Source: Candidatus Aenigmatarchaeota archaeon (GTDB lineage: Archaea > Aenigmatarchaeota > Aenigmatarchaeia > CG10238-14 > SCSR01). Taken from it: a stretch of DNA of 64,000 nucleotides. The stretch is from assembly GCA_039091335.1 (NCBI GenBank), contig JAWCME010000002.1:8735-72734 (forward strand), written 5' to 3'. Numbering within the stretch: position 1 is the first letter of the stretch; the number at the start of each line of letters is the position of its first letter. Of this stretch, positions 9,655 to 18,511 are shown in pieces. A program made the translations under genes and the position numbers. The notes below the pieces were generated by a model, which saw nothing but the letters and a program-made list of their open reading frames with translations, ran no database searches and was not told the origin of the DNA.

Positions 9655-12327
9655 TCATTCAAGATAAATTCCTGGTTTTCCGTACTTTGCTCTTTCTGCC
9701 CTGTTTTCTGGGTCATATCTCTTTGGGTCAGATGAAATAAATAGTTTTAATTTTTCAAATTCAAACTTCTTTTTTATAAAATCTACAGCTTCTCTAAAAT
9801 ATTCCAATTCTTTTTTTGTAGAAAAATATAGATAAGCACTCCTCTTTTTTCCTTTAAGTTTTATAATCTCATTTAAATCTTGTAAGAACTTTTTCAGTAT
9901 CTCCTCAAGCTCGACTACCTCTTTTTTAAATTCCTTTGGATTATATTTTGGCCATTTTTCGATACAAACAATTTTTTTATTTCCTAGTTTTTCCCATAGC
10001 TCTTCGCAAACATGTGGTAAGAGCGGCGTAAAAAGTTTTATTCCAATGTTTAAAAATTCAAGCAATACTTTTCTGTTGCAATTTTTTATTCCACCGTTCC
10101 TTTCTATGTACCATTTCAAATCATTTGTTAAATCAAAGAAAGCACATTGTGCAGCACTTCTAAACTTTAACTCTTCATAATTTTCTGTAGCAAGTTTTAT
10201 ATGAAGTTGAAGTTTGCTCCTCAAGAACAAATCTATTTTTTCCACATTTTTTCTCGTCGCTTTTTTTACGTTTGAGACAATACTTTCTAAAAAATTTATT
10301 CTTGAAATGTAAGTTGATAAATTCTCTTCGACCCAATCTGCATCGTTCAATCCTTCATTAGATGCAATTAGATTAATTCTCACAAGGTCAGAACCAAATT
10401 CATTAATTAGTTTTCTTATTGGTATTATATTTCCCTTTGACTTACTCATCTTCTCCCCACCAACTTGAACATATCCATTAACACCAATCCCTCTTGGCCA
10501 GTATTTCTGGTTTTTCCATATGGCAACATGATGAAACAAATAAAATGTTAAGTGGTTTTGAACCAAATCCTTACCAGAGTTTCTTAAGTCAACAGGATAA
10601 AAATAATCAAACTCCCTTCTCATTTCATCTAAGATTTTTTTATCTATACCAACTTTTTTACTCAAAACTTTAGAGTTACCTTTTCCAAGAAAGATGTAGT
10701 CAAAAACATCATCAGTTAGTTTTTCTGCTTCAATTTTTCTCTCGTTTATTATTCTTGCTATAGTATAGTAAGCAGGATATATGACACTATCAGATAAAGT
10801 TTCTATAATCCACTCTTTATCCCAAGGCAAATTAGTTCCAAGACCAGTTTTTCTCGTACATGCCTTATCTTTTAACCATTCGACAGTATTTTCAAACTGT
10901 GTTCTAACTTCTTCCGGATAGAATTTCATCTTTTTTATCAACTTCCTTACCTTTTCCTTCCATTTTTCATCAGAATATCTTAAGAACCACTGGTTTTCTA
11001 AAATTTTTACATGGTTTGGAGTTGTACACCTACAAATAACAGGGGCGCTGGGTTCCCACATTTTCTCTGCAATACCACTTTCAAAAAATTCTTTATAAAG
11101 CCTTTCCTTTATTTCAGAAACCTTAAATCCAGCATATTTGCCACACCTATCGTTTAAAATTCCAAGATGAAACTCTTTTTTATAAATTATTGAGGTTGCT
11201 TCATCCAGCTTCTTTCTTTCATCTTGAGATTTTATTCCTATTTTTCTACAAATTTCTTCAGCAGGATTTTCGCCAAAGCCTTCTGTTTTAATCACAGTAA
11301 TTGGTTTTATATCAAAAGTTCCATACTTTTTTAATTCCCCACTATTTTTCAAATCTTCTATTCCAATCCAATCATATGGTGCATGGGAAGGAACCGACAT
11401 AACAATTCCTGTGCCAAAATTTGGGTCTACAAACTTTGCTGGAAGGATTGGAACCTTTTCCTTCAATACAGGATTTTCTGCGTATTTTCCTATTAAATCT
11501 TCTCCTTTTAGCTCTCCTTTTACAGAAACATTCTTTAACTGATCCCTTAACTTTTCTACTGCCCCTTCGCTCAAAATCCATTTTTCCCCATCAACTTCTG
11601 CCAAACAATATTTAACATCAGGATTAACCCATATGTTTGTCACACCAAAAACAGTTTCTGGTCTGAGAGTTGCAGTTGGTAAAATCTTATCATCCAATGA
11701 AAATTTTATGATTAAATGTTCTACGGGACTTTCTCCTATTCCCTCAAGCCTATCATGGTCTCCTGTAGGAGATTTACATTTTGGACACCAAATTACAGGA
11801 TGAGTCCCTTGATAAACATACCCCATTTTTCTTAATGTGTTATACTGCCACTCTATGAAACGAGAATAAGTTGGATTCATTTTTGTTGTTATAAAAGTTC
11901 TCCTCCAATCTATGGAAAAGCCGGCTATCTTTAAATCTTCAATCCATCTCTTCATCCAGAATTTTGCTACAAACTCTGGTCCGTATTCAATAAAATTTTT
12001 TATATCTTTGTCAGTTGCCCCAAAGGTTTTGAAAGTTTCAATTTGAATAGAATCTTTTAATTTAACTCTTTCTATACTTCCAACTATCGGCTCCCCTGTT
12101 GCATGAAAGCCTTGTGGATAAAGCACGTTAAAACCCTGCATCCTTTTAAACCTTGCATAAGAGTCGCATCTAAACGCAGAAAATGCGTGTCCTATGTGCA
12201 TCGAACCATTAACATAAGGGTAGGGCCAGGTGATGAAAAATTTTGGTTTGTTCTTTACATTAGCCTCAAAGATTTTCTTCTTTCTCCATATTTTTTCCCA
12301 CTTCTTCTCTATTTTTTTAATGTTCAT
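9655..12327 (-). CDS. leuS: leucyl-tRNA synthetase
   Basis: HIGH (GSMHIGHAF), KMSKS (EKMSKSKGN) and archaeal LeuRS architecture. Confidence 0.95.
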   Translation of the reverse strand: MNIKKIEKKWEKIWRKKKIFEANVKNKPKFFITWPYPYVNGSMHIGHAFSAFRCDSYARFKRMQGFNVLYPQGFHATGEPIVGSIERVKLKDSIQIETFKTFGATDKDIKNFIEYGPEFVAKFWMKRWIEDLKIAGFSIDWRRTFITTKMNPTYSRFIEWQYNTLRKMGYVYQGTHPVIWCPKCKSPTGDHDRLEGIGESPVEHLIIKFSLDDKILPTATLRPETVFGVTNIWVNPDVKYCLAEVDGEKWILSEGAVEKLRDQLKNVSVKGELKGEDLIGKYAENPVLKEKVPILPAKFVDPNFGTGIVMSVPSHAPYDWIGIEDLKNSGELKKYGTFDIKPITVIKTEGFGENPAEEICRKIGIKSQDERKKLDEATSIIYKKEFHLGILNDRCGKYAGFKVSEIKERLYKEFFESGIAEKMWEPSAPVICRCTTPNHVKILENQWFLRYSDEKWKEKVRKLIKKMKFYPEEVRTQFENTVEWLKDKACTRKTGLGTNLPWDKEWIIETLSDSVIYPAYYTIARIINERKIEAEKLTDDVFDYIFLGKGNSKVLSKKVGIDKKILDEMRREFDYFYPVDLRNSGKDLVQNHLTFYLFHHVAIWKNQKYWPRGIGVNGYVQVGGEKMSKSKGNIIPIRKLINEFGSDLVRINLIASNEGLNDADWVEENLSTYISRINFLESIVSNVKKATRKNVEKIDLFLRSKLQLHIKLATENYEELKFRSAAQCAFFDLTNDLKWYIERNGGIKNCNRKVLLEFLNIGIKLFTPLLPHVCEELWEKLGNKKIVCIEKWPKYNPKEFKKEVVELEEILKKFLQDLNEIIKLKGKKRSAYLYFSTKKELEYFREAVDFIKKKFEFEKLKLFISSDPKRYDPENRAERAKYGKPGIYLE

Positions 12328-12365
12328 TAAATCGCTTTTTATTTTATAAATTATTAAACATCATA

Positions 12366-12731
12366 TTAAAAATTTTCAAAATAATTTCTGATGTTCGGCA
12401 ATAATTTTCCTAATAAACAAAAAAGCAAATCATCTCTTATGTTGATTATATTTGCTTTCTTCATACTTTTCCTTGAAAAAGTAAATCCACTTAACCTCAA
12501 GTCAAGGAGTGCAGTAGCACCATGAGCAACATGAGGACTTATACCAAATTCCTTGCTCCATCCATCCCTTATATTTTCGCTTTCTTCAATCCAGTTGCTT
12601 TCAGTGTCTTCTATTATGTTAGGAACTTCTTTTCTTAATTTTTTGAAATATTTTGAAATTTTTTTATCTACTTCATTTTCATCTGCCTGAGTCGTTCTAA
12701 AATCAAATTCTACTATGTCACTTAAAAACAA
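12366..12731 (-). CDS. hypothetical protein downstream of, or possibly fused to, the nucleotidyltransferase
   Basis: 121-aa ORF overlapping the upstream NTase ORF by 10 nt. Its frame stays open a further 22 codons upstream, across an A6 run. Confidence 0.35.
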   Translation of the reverse strand: MFLSDIVEFDFRTTQADENEVDKKISKYFKKLRKEVPNIIEDTESNWIEESENIRDGWSKEFGISPHVAHGATALLDLRLSGFTFSRKSMKKANIINIRDDLLFCLLGKLLPNIRNYFENF

Positions 12732-13180
12732 TTCTTCCTGTTCGTATGGGTTTTTTGGAGTTCTTGGGAGTATAAATAAATAATCTCAACTCTTTCGATC
12801 TGCGGAAATCTTCTTTTTAAGTCTAGGCTATAAGTTATAAGCGCTCTTCTTGTTTCTTTTAACACACTCTTTCTTTTTGTTCCAATAAAAACAATATCTA
12901 TGTCATCCTTATAGTTGATTGTCCCTCTTATAACAGAGCCTCTTATCCCACAAATTAATGTGGTGGAATATATTTTCCTCGTTGTTTCAAATACACTTTC
13001 TAGAGATAAAAAGGCTGTTTTTAGCGTTGTTTTATAAAAGTCGTCAGAAAAATATCTCTCAAACATTGTTTTTAATCTTTTGTATTGAGATTCTGGCAAT
13101 TCTTCCATTTTAGTTTTAACTTTTTTTGGTAAACTTTCATAAAATTCATCATAGTTTTTGTACAGGTCAACCTGTTCCAT
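12722..13180 (-). CDS. nucleotidyltransferase-domain protein (MNT-like)
   Basis: GIRGSVIRGT...DDIDIV matches the minimal NTase motif (GS...DxD). Confidence 0.55.
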   Translation of the reverse strand: MEQVDLYKNYDEFYESLPKKVKTKMEELPESQYKRLKTMFERYFSDDFYKTTLKTAFLSLESVFETTRKIYSTTLICGIRGSVIRGTINYKDDIDIVFIGTKRKSVLKETRRALITYSLDLKRRFPQIERVEIIYLYSQELQKTHTNRKNCF

Positions 13181-13287
13181 GCCCTTTTCACTAAATGTAA
13201 TTTTTTTAATATTAAAAAAATTAAAGTTAAATTTTTTTATAGTATATTTTTAAAAACCATAATTATTAAAAATGTTTAGAAAGAAAT

Positions 13288-15288
13288 TTAACGGTATGTT
13301 GAAGGCAATTCTATTCCGTTAATTTCTTTTAAATCGGTTAACTCGTTCATTTTTATCATTCTGTCAGAAAAAGTATAAAGCACATCATCTATGTAAAGAG
13401 ATCTTTTTATCCTAGAAAGATAGTCATAATATTCTTCGGTTTTATTTGTATGTGTCACCTTCCCTTTCAACACAAACCCATTCTCTAAATCAACATTAAA
13501 TACATAAGCACCCTGCCAAACATTCCATTTCTTTTCTTCTATGTTTTCTCCCTCTATAACCCTAAGTGGTATGACCAAAATATTCTTTGATTTACTGAAC
13601 AAGAATGCTTTATGATCCCTTAGTGCGTCTGAATCCGTGCCTCTCTCCCCAATTATGTATTTTGAAATTTCTTTTGGGTTTGAAACATCGGTAATATCAA
13701 AAAGGGACAGTTTCATTCCTTTTATTCTACCCTCTTCTGTAGCATCTCTTCCAACACCAATAAGATGTGTTTCATCATACGGATGCAAATAGTCCGAAAC
13801 ACCAGTAATTTTCAAATAACCCAAAACCTTGGGGTTGTTTGGACTTCCCAAATCTATTACAAACAACGGATCAATCTGTCTGAAAGTTACCACATATCCC
13901 TTGTCTCCAATAAACCTAACTGAATAAATTCTTTCCCCGGAGGCGAGGTCCTCTATTTTTCCAACTATTTTTAGACCATCGTCAAGAATATAAACATGGT
14001 TTAATGATTCGTTTATCCATCCTGTTGTTGTAGCTATTCTGAAATAACTATTGTATTCGTCCATAGAAAATTGGTTTAAAATATAGCCAGGAACCTCACC
14101 ACTTGCCTTGTATTCTATTTTTTCATTCTCAACAGAAATTTTATGAATAATTGTTTTTTCAACCTCCTTTTCAATTTCCCTATAAATATTAAATACCCTT
14201 TCTTCCACAATCTTCATAAAATTTGTTGCTTCTTCTGGGTTCAAAGAGTTTATATAGTTACGAAACTCTTCTTCTATTTTTGCAATTTTTTCTTGTTTGC
14301 TTATATCTGAATTTTTTATCTCTCTTATTTTGGCTTGGATATGTGCGGGGAAAATAGGAATAAGTTTGTCAACTACTTTGTCATAAAAATCTAGGTAGTT
14401 AAATGTTTTAGTGTAAACAATAAAGATGTTTTTAGTTGAAACGTACATGTTTTGGCTATATCCCAAAAGAAATGTTTTAATTGAAATTTCTTCTTCGTCT
14501 TTCTGTGTATTTATTGACAATATGTTTGTATAGATGTAAGAAGAGTCGGGAAAATCAAAATAATAAATTTCTGAAGCAGGTATAGTTTTTAGTTTGTTTT
14601 CGTATTGAACTGTTGGTAAAGGCATTAGTTCTCCATAATATATTGGCTGATTGATTATCACATACACATAATCTCCTATCATCCTGGAATCAAAATAGTT
14701 GCCATCCACAGATACATTTCTTTTTAAAACAGGATTTTCTCTGTCTGATATATCATAAACTTTTATAAATGTTTTTGGCGTATGTGAAATTATTTCCGTT
14801 CTACCAATACCCCCTTTAACACTCTCAATCGTTGGGCCATAGCAATCGCATGACCCAAAAACAACCAATTTGTCGCCATTTATAAATATTTCATAAGGGA
14901 CTCCGTTCAATTCTATCTTAGATAAAATTTTGGCATCTTCTGCTGGATAAGCGTCGATAATAATGACATTTCTACCTGAGACTACATATAAGTATTTTCC
15001 GTCATTTTTTATAATGTCTGCCTCATCAACTCCAGTTACTTGCACATTTGTGGTTGAATAATCTTCTGACACATCAATTGTGGCCGGAATACCCTTTGCG
15101 GAAGCAATTTCAAGGACGGGCGTGTAGAAAGGTATATAAGTTTCGGTGTTTCTCTTTACAAAACTGTTTAATTCGTCGTAAGAAGAGAATTTTTTCAGTT
15201 TTTGCTCAATAACGATTGGGGGTTTAGTAAGATATAGACTAAAAAGAATTACAAGAGCTAGCCCCATGATTAAAATTTTTTTATACAT
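13288..15288 (-). CDS. secreted beta-propeller domain protein
   Basis: N-terminal signal/TM segment. STTNVQVTGVDEADIIKNDGKYLYVV is typical of the archaeal beta-propeller family. Confidence 0.75.
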   Translation of the reverse strand: MYKKILIMGLALVILFSLYLTKPPIVIEQKLKKFSSYDELNSFVKRNTETYIPFYTPVLEIASAKGIPATIDVSEDYSTTNVQVTGVDEADIIKNDGKYLYVVSGRNVIIIDAYPAEDAKILSKIELNGVPYEIFINGDKLVVFGSCDCYGPTIESVKGGIGRTEIISHTPKTFIKVYDISDRENPVLKRNVSVDGNYFDSRMIGDYVYVIINQPIYYGELMPLPTVQYENKLKTIPASEIYYFDFPDSSYIYTNILSINTQKDEEEISIKTFLLGYSQNMYVSTKNIFIVYTKTFNYLDFYDKVVDKLIPIFPAHIQAKIREIKNSDISKQEKIAKIEEEFRNYINSLNPEEATNFMKIVEERVFNIYREIEKEVEKTIIHKISVENEKIEYKASGEVPGYILNQFSMDEYNSYFRIATTTGWINESLNHVYILDDGLKIVGKIEDLASGERIYSVRFIGDKGYVVTFRQIDPLFVIDLGSPNNPKVLGYLKITGVSDYLHPYDETHLIGVGRDATEEGRIKGMKLSLFDITDVSNPKEISKYIIGERGTDSDALRDHKAFLFSKSKNILVIPLRVIEGENIEEKKWNVWQGAYVFNVDLENGFVLKGKVTHTNKTEEYYDYLSRIKRSLYIDDVLYTFSDRMIKMNELTDLKEINGIELPSTYR

Positions 15289-15291
15289 ACT

Positions 15292-15798
15292 TCACCTTTT
15301 AGTTTTTATTTTTAAAAAATAAACAAAAAAGCCAATTGATGAAGCAACAAATAGTGTGATGGAAAGTAAAAGGAGTGGTGCTACTACAGTTTTTGAAATT
15401 CCTTTCAAAACTTCACCACCAACAAAAGCTTCTGCTCTATACTCTCGGTATTGTATAAAGTATTGCACAAAAGCAAAAAGTCCTCCCACAAAAGCCAATA
15501 TAGAGCTAACAAGAAGGATGACCAACTTCCTAGATTTACTTGAAATAATCCCATATCCTTTTTCAGTTAAAGTATAAAAAACCCACTTCTTTCCAGGCTC
15601 TTCAATCTTTTTTACTAACTCACTTTTGGCTAAAATATCTAAGTGCTCCACTATCGTTGCATCGCTTTTGTTTAGAATCTTGCTTAAGTCAGATGGTGTT
15701 CTTTTTCCTTTGGAAAGTTCTTTCAATATGTTCATCCTTGTATCTACAGACAAAACCTTCAATATTTCTCTGTCTACAATAGTTACTGGCTCTTCCAT
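15292..15798 (-). CDS. ArsR-family winged-helix regulator with C-terminal TM helices
   Basis: ILKVLSVDTRMNILKEL...RTPSDLSKILNKSDATIVEHL wHTH, followed by two hydrophobic helices. Confidence 0.65.
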   Translation of the reverse strand: MEEPVTIVDREILKVLSVDTRMNILKELSKGKRTPSDLSKILNKSDATIVEHLDILAKSELVKKIEEPGKKWVFYTLTEKGYGIISSKSRKLVILLVSSILAFVGGLFAFVQYFIQYREYRAEAFVGGEVLKGISKTVVAPLLLLSITLFVASSIGFFVYFLKIKTKR

Positions 15799-15934
15799 AA
15801 TTTAAATTGCTAACAAAAGAATAAAACAGTGTCGATTTTATTAGGTGTTAACCGAACTTTTCTCAGGCAGTAAAAAATAATTTTAGTTTTTTACTGAATA
15901 AAAATAAAGTTAAAAACAAAAGATAAATTATAAA

Positions 15935-16024
15935 GCCCCCGTAGCTCAACTTGGATAGAGCAGTGGCCTTCTAAGCCATTGGTTGCGGGTTCAAAAGCTT
16001 AGACTGAAATTCCCGTCGGGGGCA
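15935..16024 (+). tRNA. tRNA-Arg(UCU) with a 15-nt intron in the T-loop
   Basis: Hand-folded cloverleaf. Acceptor GCCCCCG/CGGGGGC, D arm GCTC/GAGC, anticodon arm GTGGC-CTTCTAA-GCCAT, T stem GCGGG/CCCGT. The T-loop is 22 nt instead of 7. Confidence 0.9.
15996..16010 (+). other. BHB intron at tRNA position 59/60
   Basis: The T stem forms the outer helix. Central helix TTCA(15990-93)/TGAA(16005-08), bulges AAA(15994-96) and ATT(16009-11). Excision leaves TTCAAAT. Confidence 0.8.
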
Positions 16025-16104
16025 CTTCCAAAAAATCGATTTTTAGGGAATTCTAAGATACATGTAAAGTTTATTACCTTTCAATAAACAATATTAATGT
16101 GTAA

Positions 16105-16878
16105 ATGACAAGGGTTATAAACATAGCATCAGGAAAAGGTGGGGTGGGAAAGACAACTTTAACTACAAATTTGGCATATGCCCTGGCAAAAATGGGTCAA
16201 GATGTTACGGTTGTGGACACAAACCTAACCACACCAAACCTTGGTATACATCTTGGTTTATATTTAGCTCCAAATAATTTGCAGGGAGTGCTAAAAGGAG
16301 ATACTAACCTTAAAGATGCAATATATCCACATACATTTGGGTTTAAGGTAATTCCAGCTGGTCTTGGAATAGATAGTTTGATTGGAGTAGACCCATCCAG
16401 ACTATACGAAGTACTTTCCGGATTGTTTGGAAAAACGGATTATGTAATATTGGACTCTGCACCTGGTTTGGGAAGGGAGGCTATTTCTTCCATAAACGCT
16501 TGTGAAGAAGTTTTGATCGTAACAAACCCGGATCTTCCAAGTATTATAGATGCATTAAAAGTTTCGAGGATAGCTATCAATACAGGGAAAAAAATAATTG
16601 GTGTTGTTGTAAACAGGAGAAATAAAAGACGAGATGAGTTTAGTTCAAATAGAATAGAAAACATTCTTGGAATTCCTATATTGGCAGAAATTCCAGAGGA
16701 TAAAAATATACCAAAAAGCATAATGTTAAAAAGGCCTGTGCTGGAAGTTTTTCCAAATTCACCATCATCAATAGAAATAAAAAGACTTGCATTCAAAATA
16801 CTTGGAATTGAGGGAGGATCAGAATTTAGAGGTAAGCTTGGTCTTCTTGGAAGAATGGTAAAATGGATTACCGGATGA
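16105..16878 (+). CDS. MinD/ParA-family P-loop ATPase
   Basis: Deviant Walker A SGKGGVGKTT and MinD-like length. Confidence 0.85.
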   Translation: MTRVINIASGKGGVGKTTLTTNLAYALAKMGQDVTVVDTNLTTPNLGIHLGLYLAPNNLQGVLKGDTNLKDAIYPHTFGFKVIPAGLGIDSLIGVDPSRLYEVLSGLFGKTDYVILDSAPGLGREAISSINACEEVLIVTNPDLPSIIDALKVSRIAINTGKKIIGVVVNRRNKRRDEFSSNRIENILGIPILAEIPEDKNIPKSIMLKRPVLEVFPNSPSSIEIKRLAFKILGIEGGSEFRGKLGLLGRMVKWITG

Positions 16879-18511
16879 AGTTAAGTAAGGCCTCCAAATC
16901 AATCTCAAAGCATGATACGGGCATTTCAATTTTCCAGTTTTCTATAACCTCTGGATGGATTTCACCAAACATTCCAACTTCTTTTCCGTTGATTTTAACT
17001 AGGCAGCATCTTCCATCAATAAAAGAGGGATGGGAAAATTCTTCAATATTAAAATTAAGACCCAAACTTTTAATCAAGCTTTCAACCACTCCCTTTACTT
17101 CAGAGAAACTTGATTTGGAATGACAAATCGTACATCCAACCTTTCTTATAGTTTTTGTTAGTACCTCCTCGTTTTCGTCCATAACAACAACATCGCCAAT
17201 TTCAAATATGTTTTGAGGATATTCCACATGCTTGTTCAAAGACAATACTTTTAAAAGGCTTGGTATTATCCAAACTCTAAGGCAATTATACTCTTCAGAT
17301 ACAGGGTTTTCTATTTCTATTGCCTCTCCTTTTAACCTCATCTTATCGAATTGGTCAAAAAAATTTGTGAGAGTTGGTCTTAGAACTTCAATGAAACCAA
17401 AACCAACCATAAGATTCCTAATTTTTTCACAAAAATTTTCAAGCGGTAGGTCAAGTCCAACAGTTGCCAAGTTTGGCATTTCTGGTATCAAGTTATTATA
17501 ACCATAAGCTATTGCCACATCTTCTACTATATCAACAGAATGAAGTATGTCATTCCTATAACAAGGAATTATTACGTTTATCTTCTTTCCTTTCTTCTCA
17601 ATAGTTCCATATCCCATTCTTTCTAAAAGCATGCAAATTTCTTTTTTGCTCAAATTCAAACCTATTAACTTATTCACAAAATCAGTATCAATCTCCATGT
17701 TTTCCTCTTCCAATACTGGTGTTTTTTCAGCTTTCTTTCCGTACTTTACCTTTACAGCTTCAACTCTACATCCCCTATCAATCAAGTTAGTAACCAATAT
17801 GTTTAGGGTTTGAAGAGTTGACTTCTTCTCGGTTCCTGTTACTTCAACAAACATAGATTTCGTCCCTTCTTTTATTCTTGTGCGCTCAGAATTTAATATC
17901 GGTGGAAAACTGAATATTCCCTTAGAATCGACATATACAGGGAATTCCCCAGAAAGAACATGAGCAAATTCAATTCCTTTTTGGGTGTTTGTTAGCACTT
18001 CCTTCAGGCTCATTTCCTTTTTTTCCCCAAGAGGTAAAAATTTTGCTTCTGGGCTTGCGGTTTTGTAGGAGATTGGTGGTTCTATCTTTTCAAGGTCATG
18101 AATTCCGATAGCAACCCTTTTCCTATTTCTTCCAATAGTTTCATGCAATGCTTCTTGTATGTTCATAAGGCTTCTTATTAGTTCATCACTAAGCTTCACA
18201 TTCTTAACTATGGCACATGCAATATATGGCCTACTTTTAACTTCCCCAACCATCACCTCTGTTTTTGCCTCCTCTACATGGTATTTTACTAATCCTGTTT
18301 CAATCCCTAAGAAATACCTTATTGCTCTTGCCAGTCCTTCTATTCCAAAAAGGTCTGCTCTGTCGGGTGTTAGTTCAACTGTTATTTCATTTTTCTCAAT
18401 TTTTTCTACATTAAGTTTTATCATATTTATAGCTTCTTCTATCTCTTTTTCTGTTATGTCCTTTCCTATTAGCTTGATCAAATCTTTTTTATCATAAGTT
18501 AGTGTTGGCAC
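16868..18511 (-). CDS. pheT: phenylalanyl-tRNA synthetase beta subunit
   Basis: Archaeal PheT pattern. A GTG at 18511-18509 gives the typical MPTLTYDK N-terminus and overlaps the pheS TAG stop by 1 nt (TAGTG). The track start TTG 18541 lies inside pheS. Confidence 0.9.
   Translation of the reverse strand: MPTLTYDKKDLIKLIGKDITEKEIEEAINMIKLNVEKIEKNEITVELTPDRADLFGIEGLARAIRYFLGIETGLVKYHVEEAKTEVMVGEVKSRPYIACAIVKNVKLSDELIRSLMNIQEALHETIGRNRKRVAIGIHDLEKIEPPISYKTASPEAKFLPLGEKKEMSLKEVLTNTQKGIEFAHVLSGEFPVYVDSKGIFSFPPILNSERTRIKEGTKSMFVEVTGTEKKSTLQTLNILVTNLIDRGCRVEAVKVKYGKKAEKTPVLEEENMEIDTDFVNKLIGLNLSKKEICMLLERMGYGTIEKKGKKINVIIPCYRNDILHSVDIVEDVAIAYGYNNLIPEMPNLATVGLDLPLENFCEKIRNLMVGFGFIEVLRPTLTNFFDQFDKMRLKGEAIEIENPVSEEYNCLRVWIIPSLLKVLSLNKHVEYPQNIFEIGDVVVMDENEEVLTKTIRKVGCTICHSKSSFSEVKGVVESLIKSLGLNFNIEEFSHPSFIDGRCCLVKINGKEVGMFGEIHPEVIENWKIEMPVSCFEIDLEALLNFIR

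Noticed and set aside
12740-12800. A possible BHB intron at the junction of the NTase and the downstream ORF.
   Set aside because: No complementary 4-mers with 3-nt bulges were found. An A6 homopolymer offers a simpler explanation.
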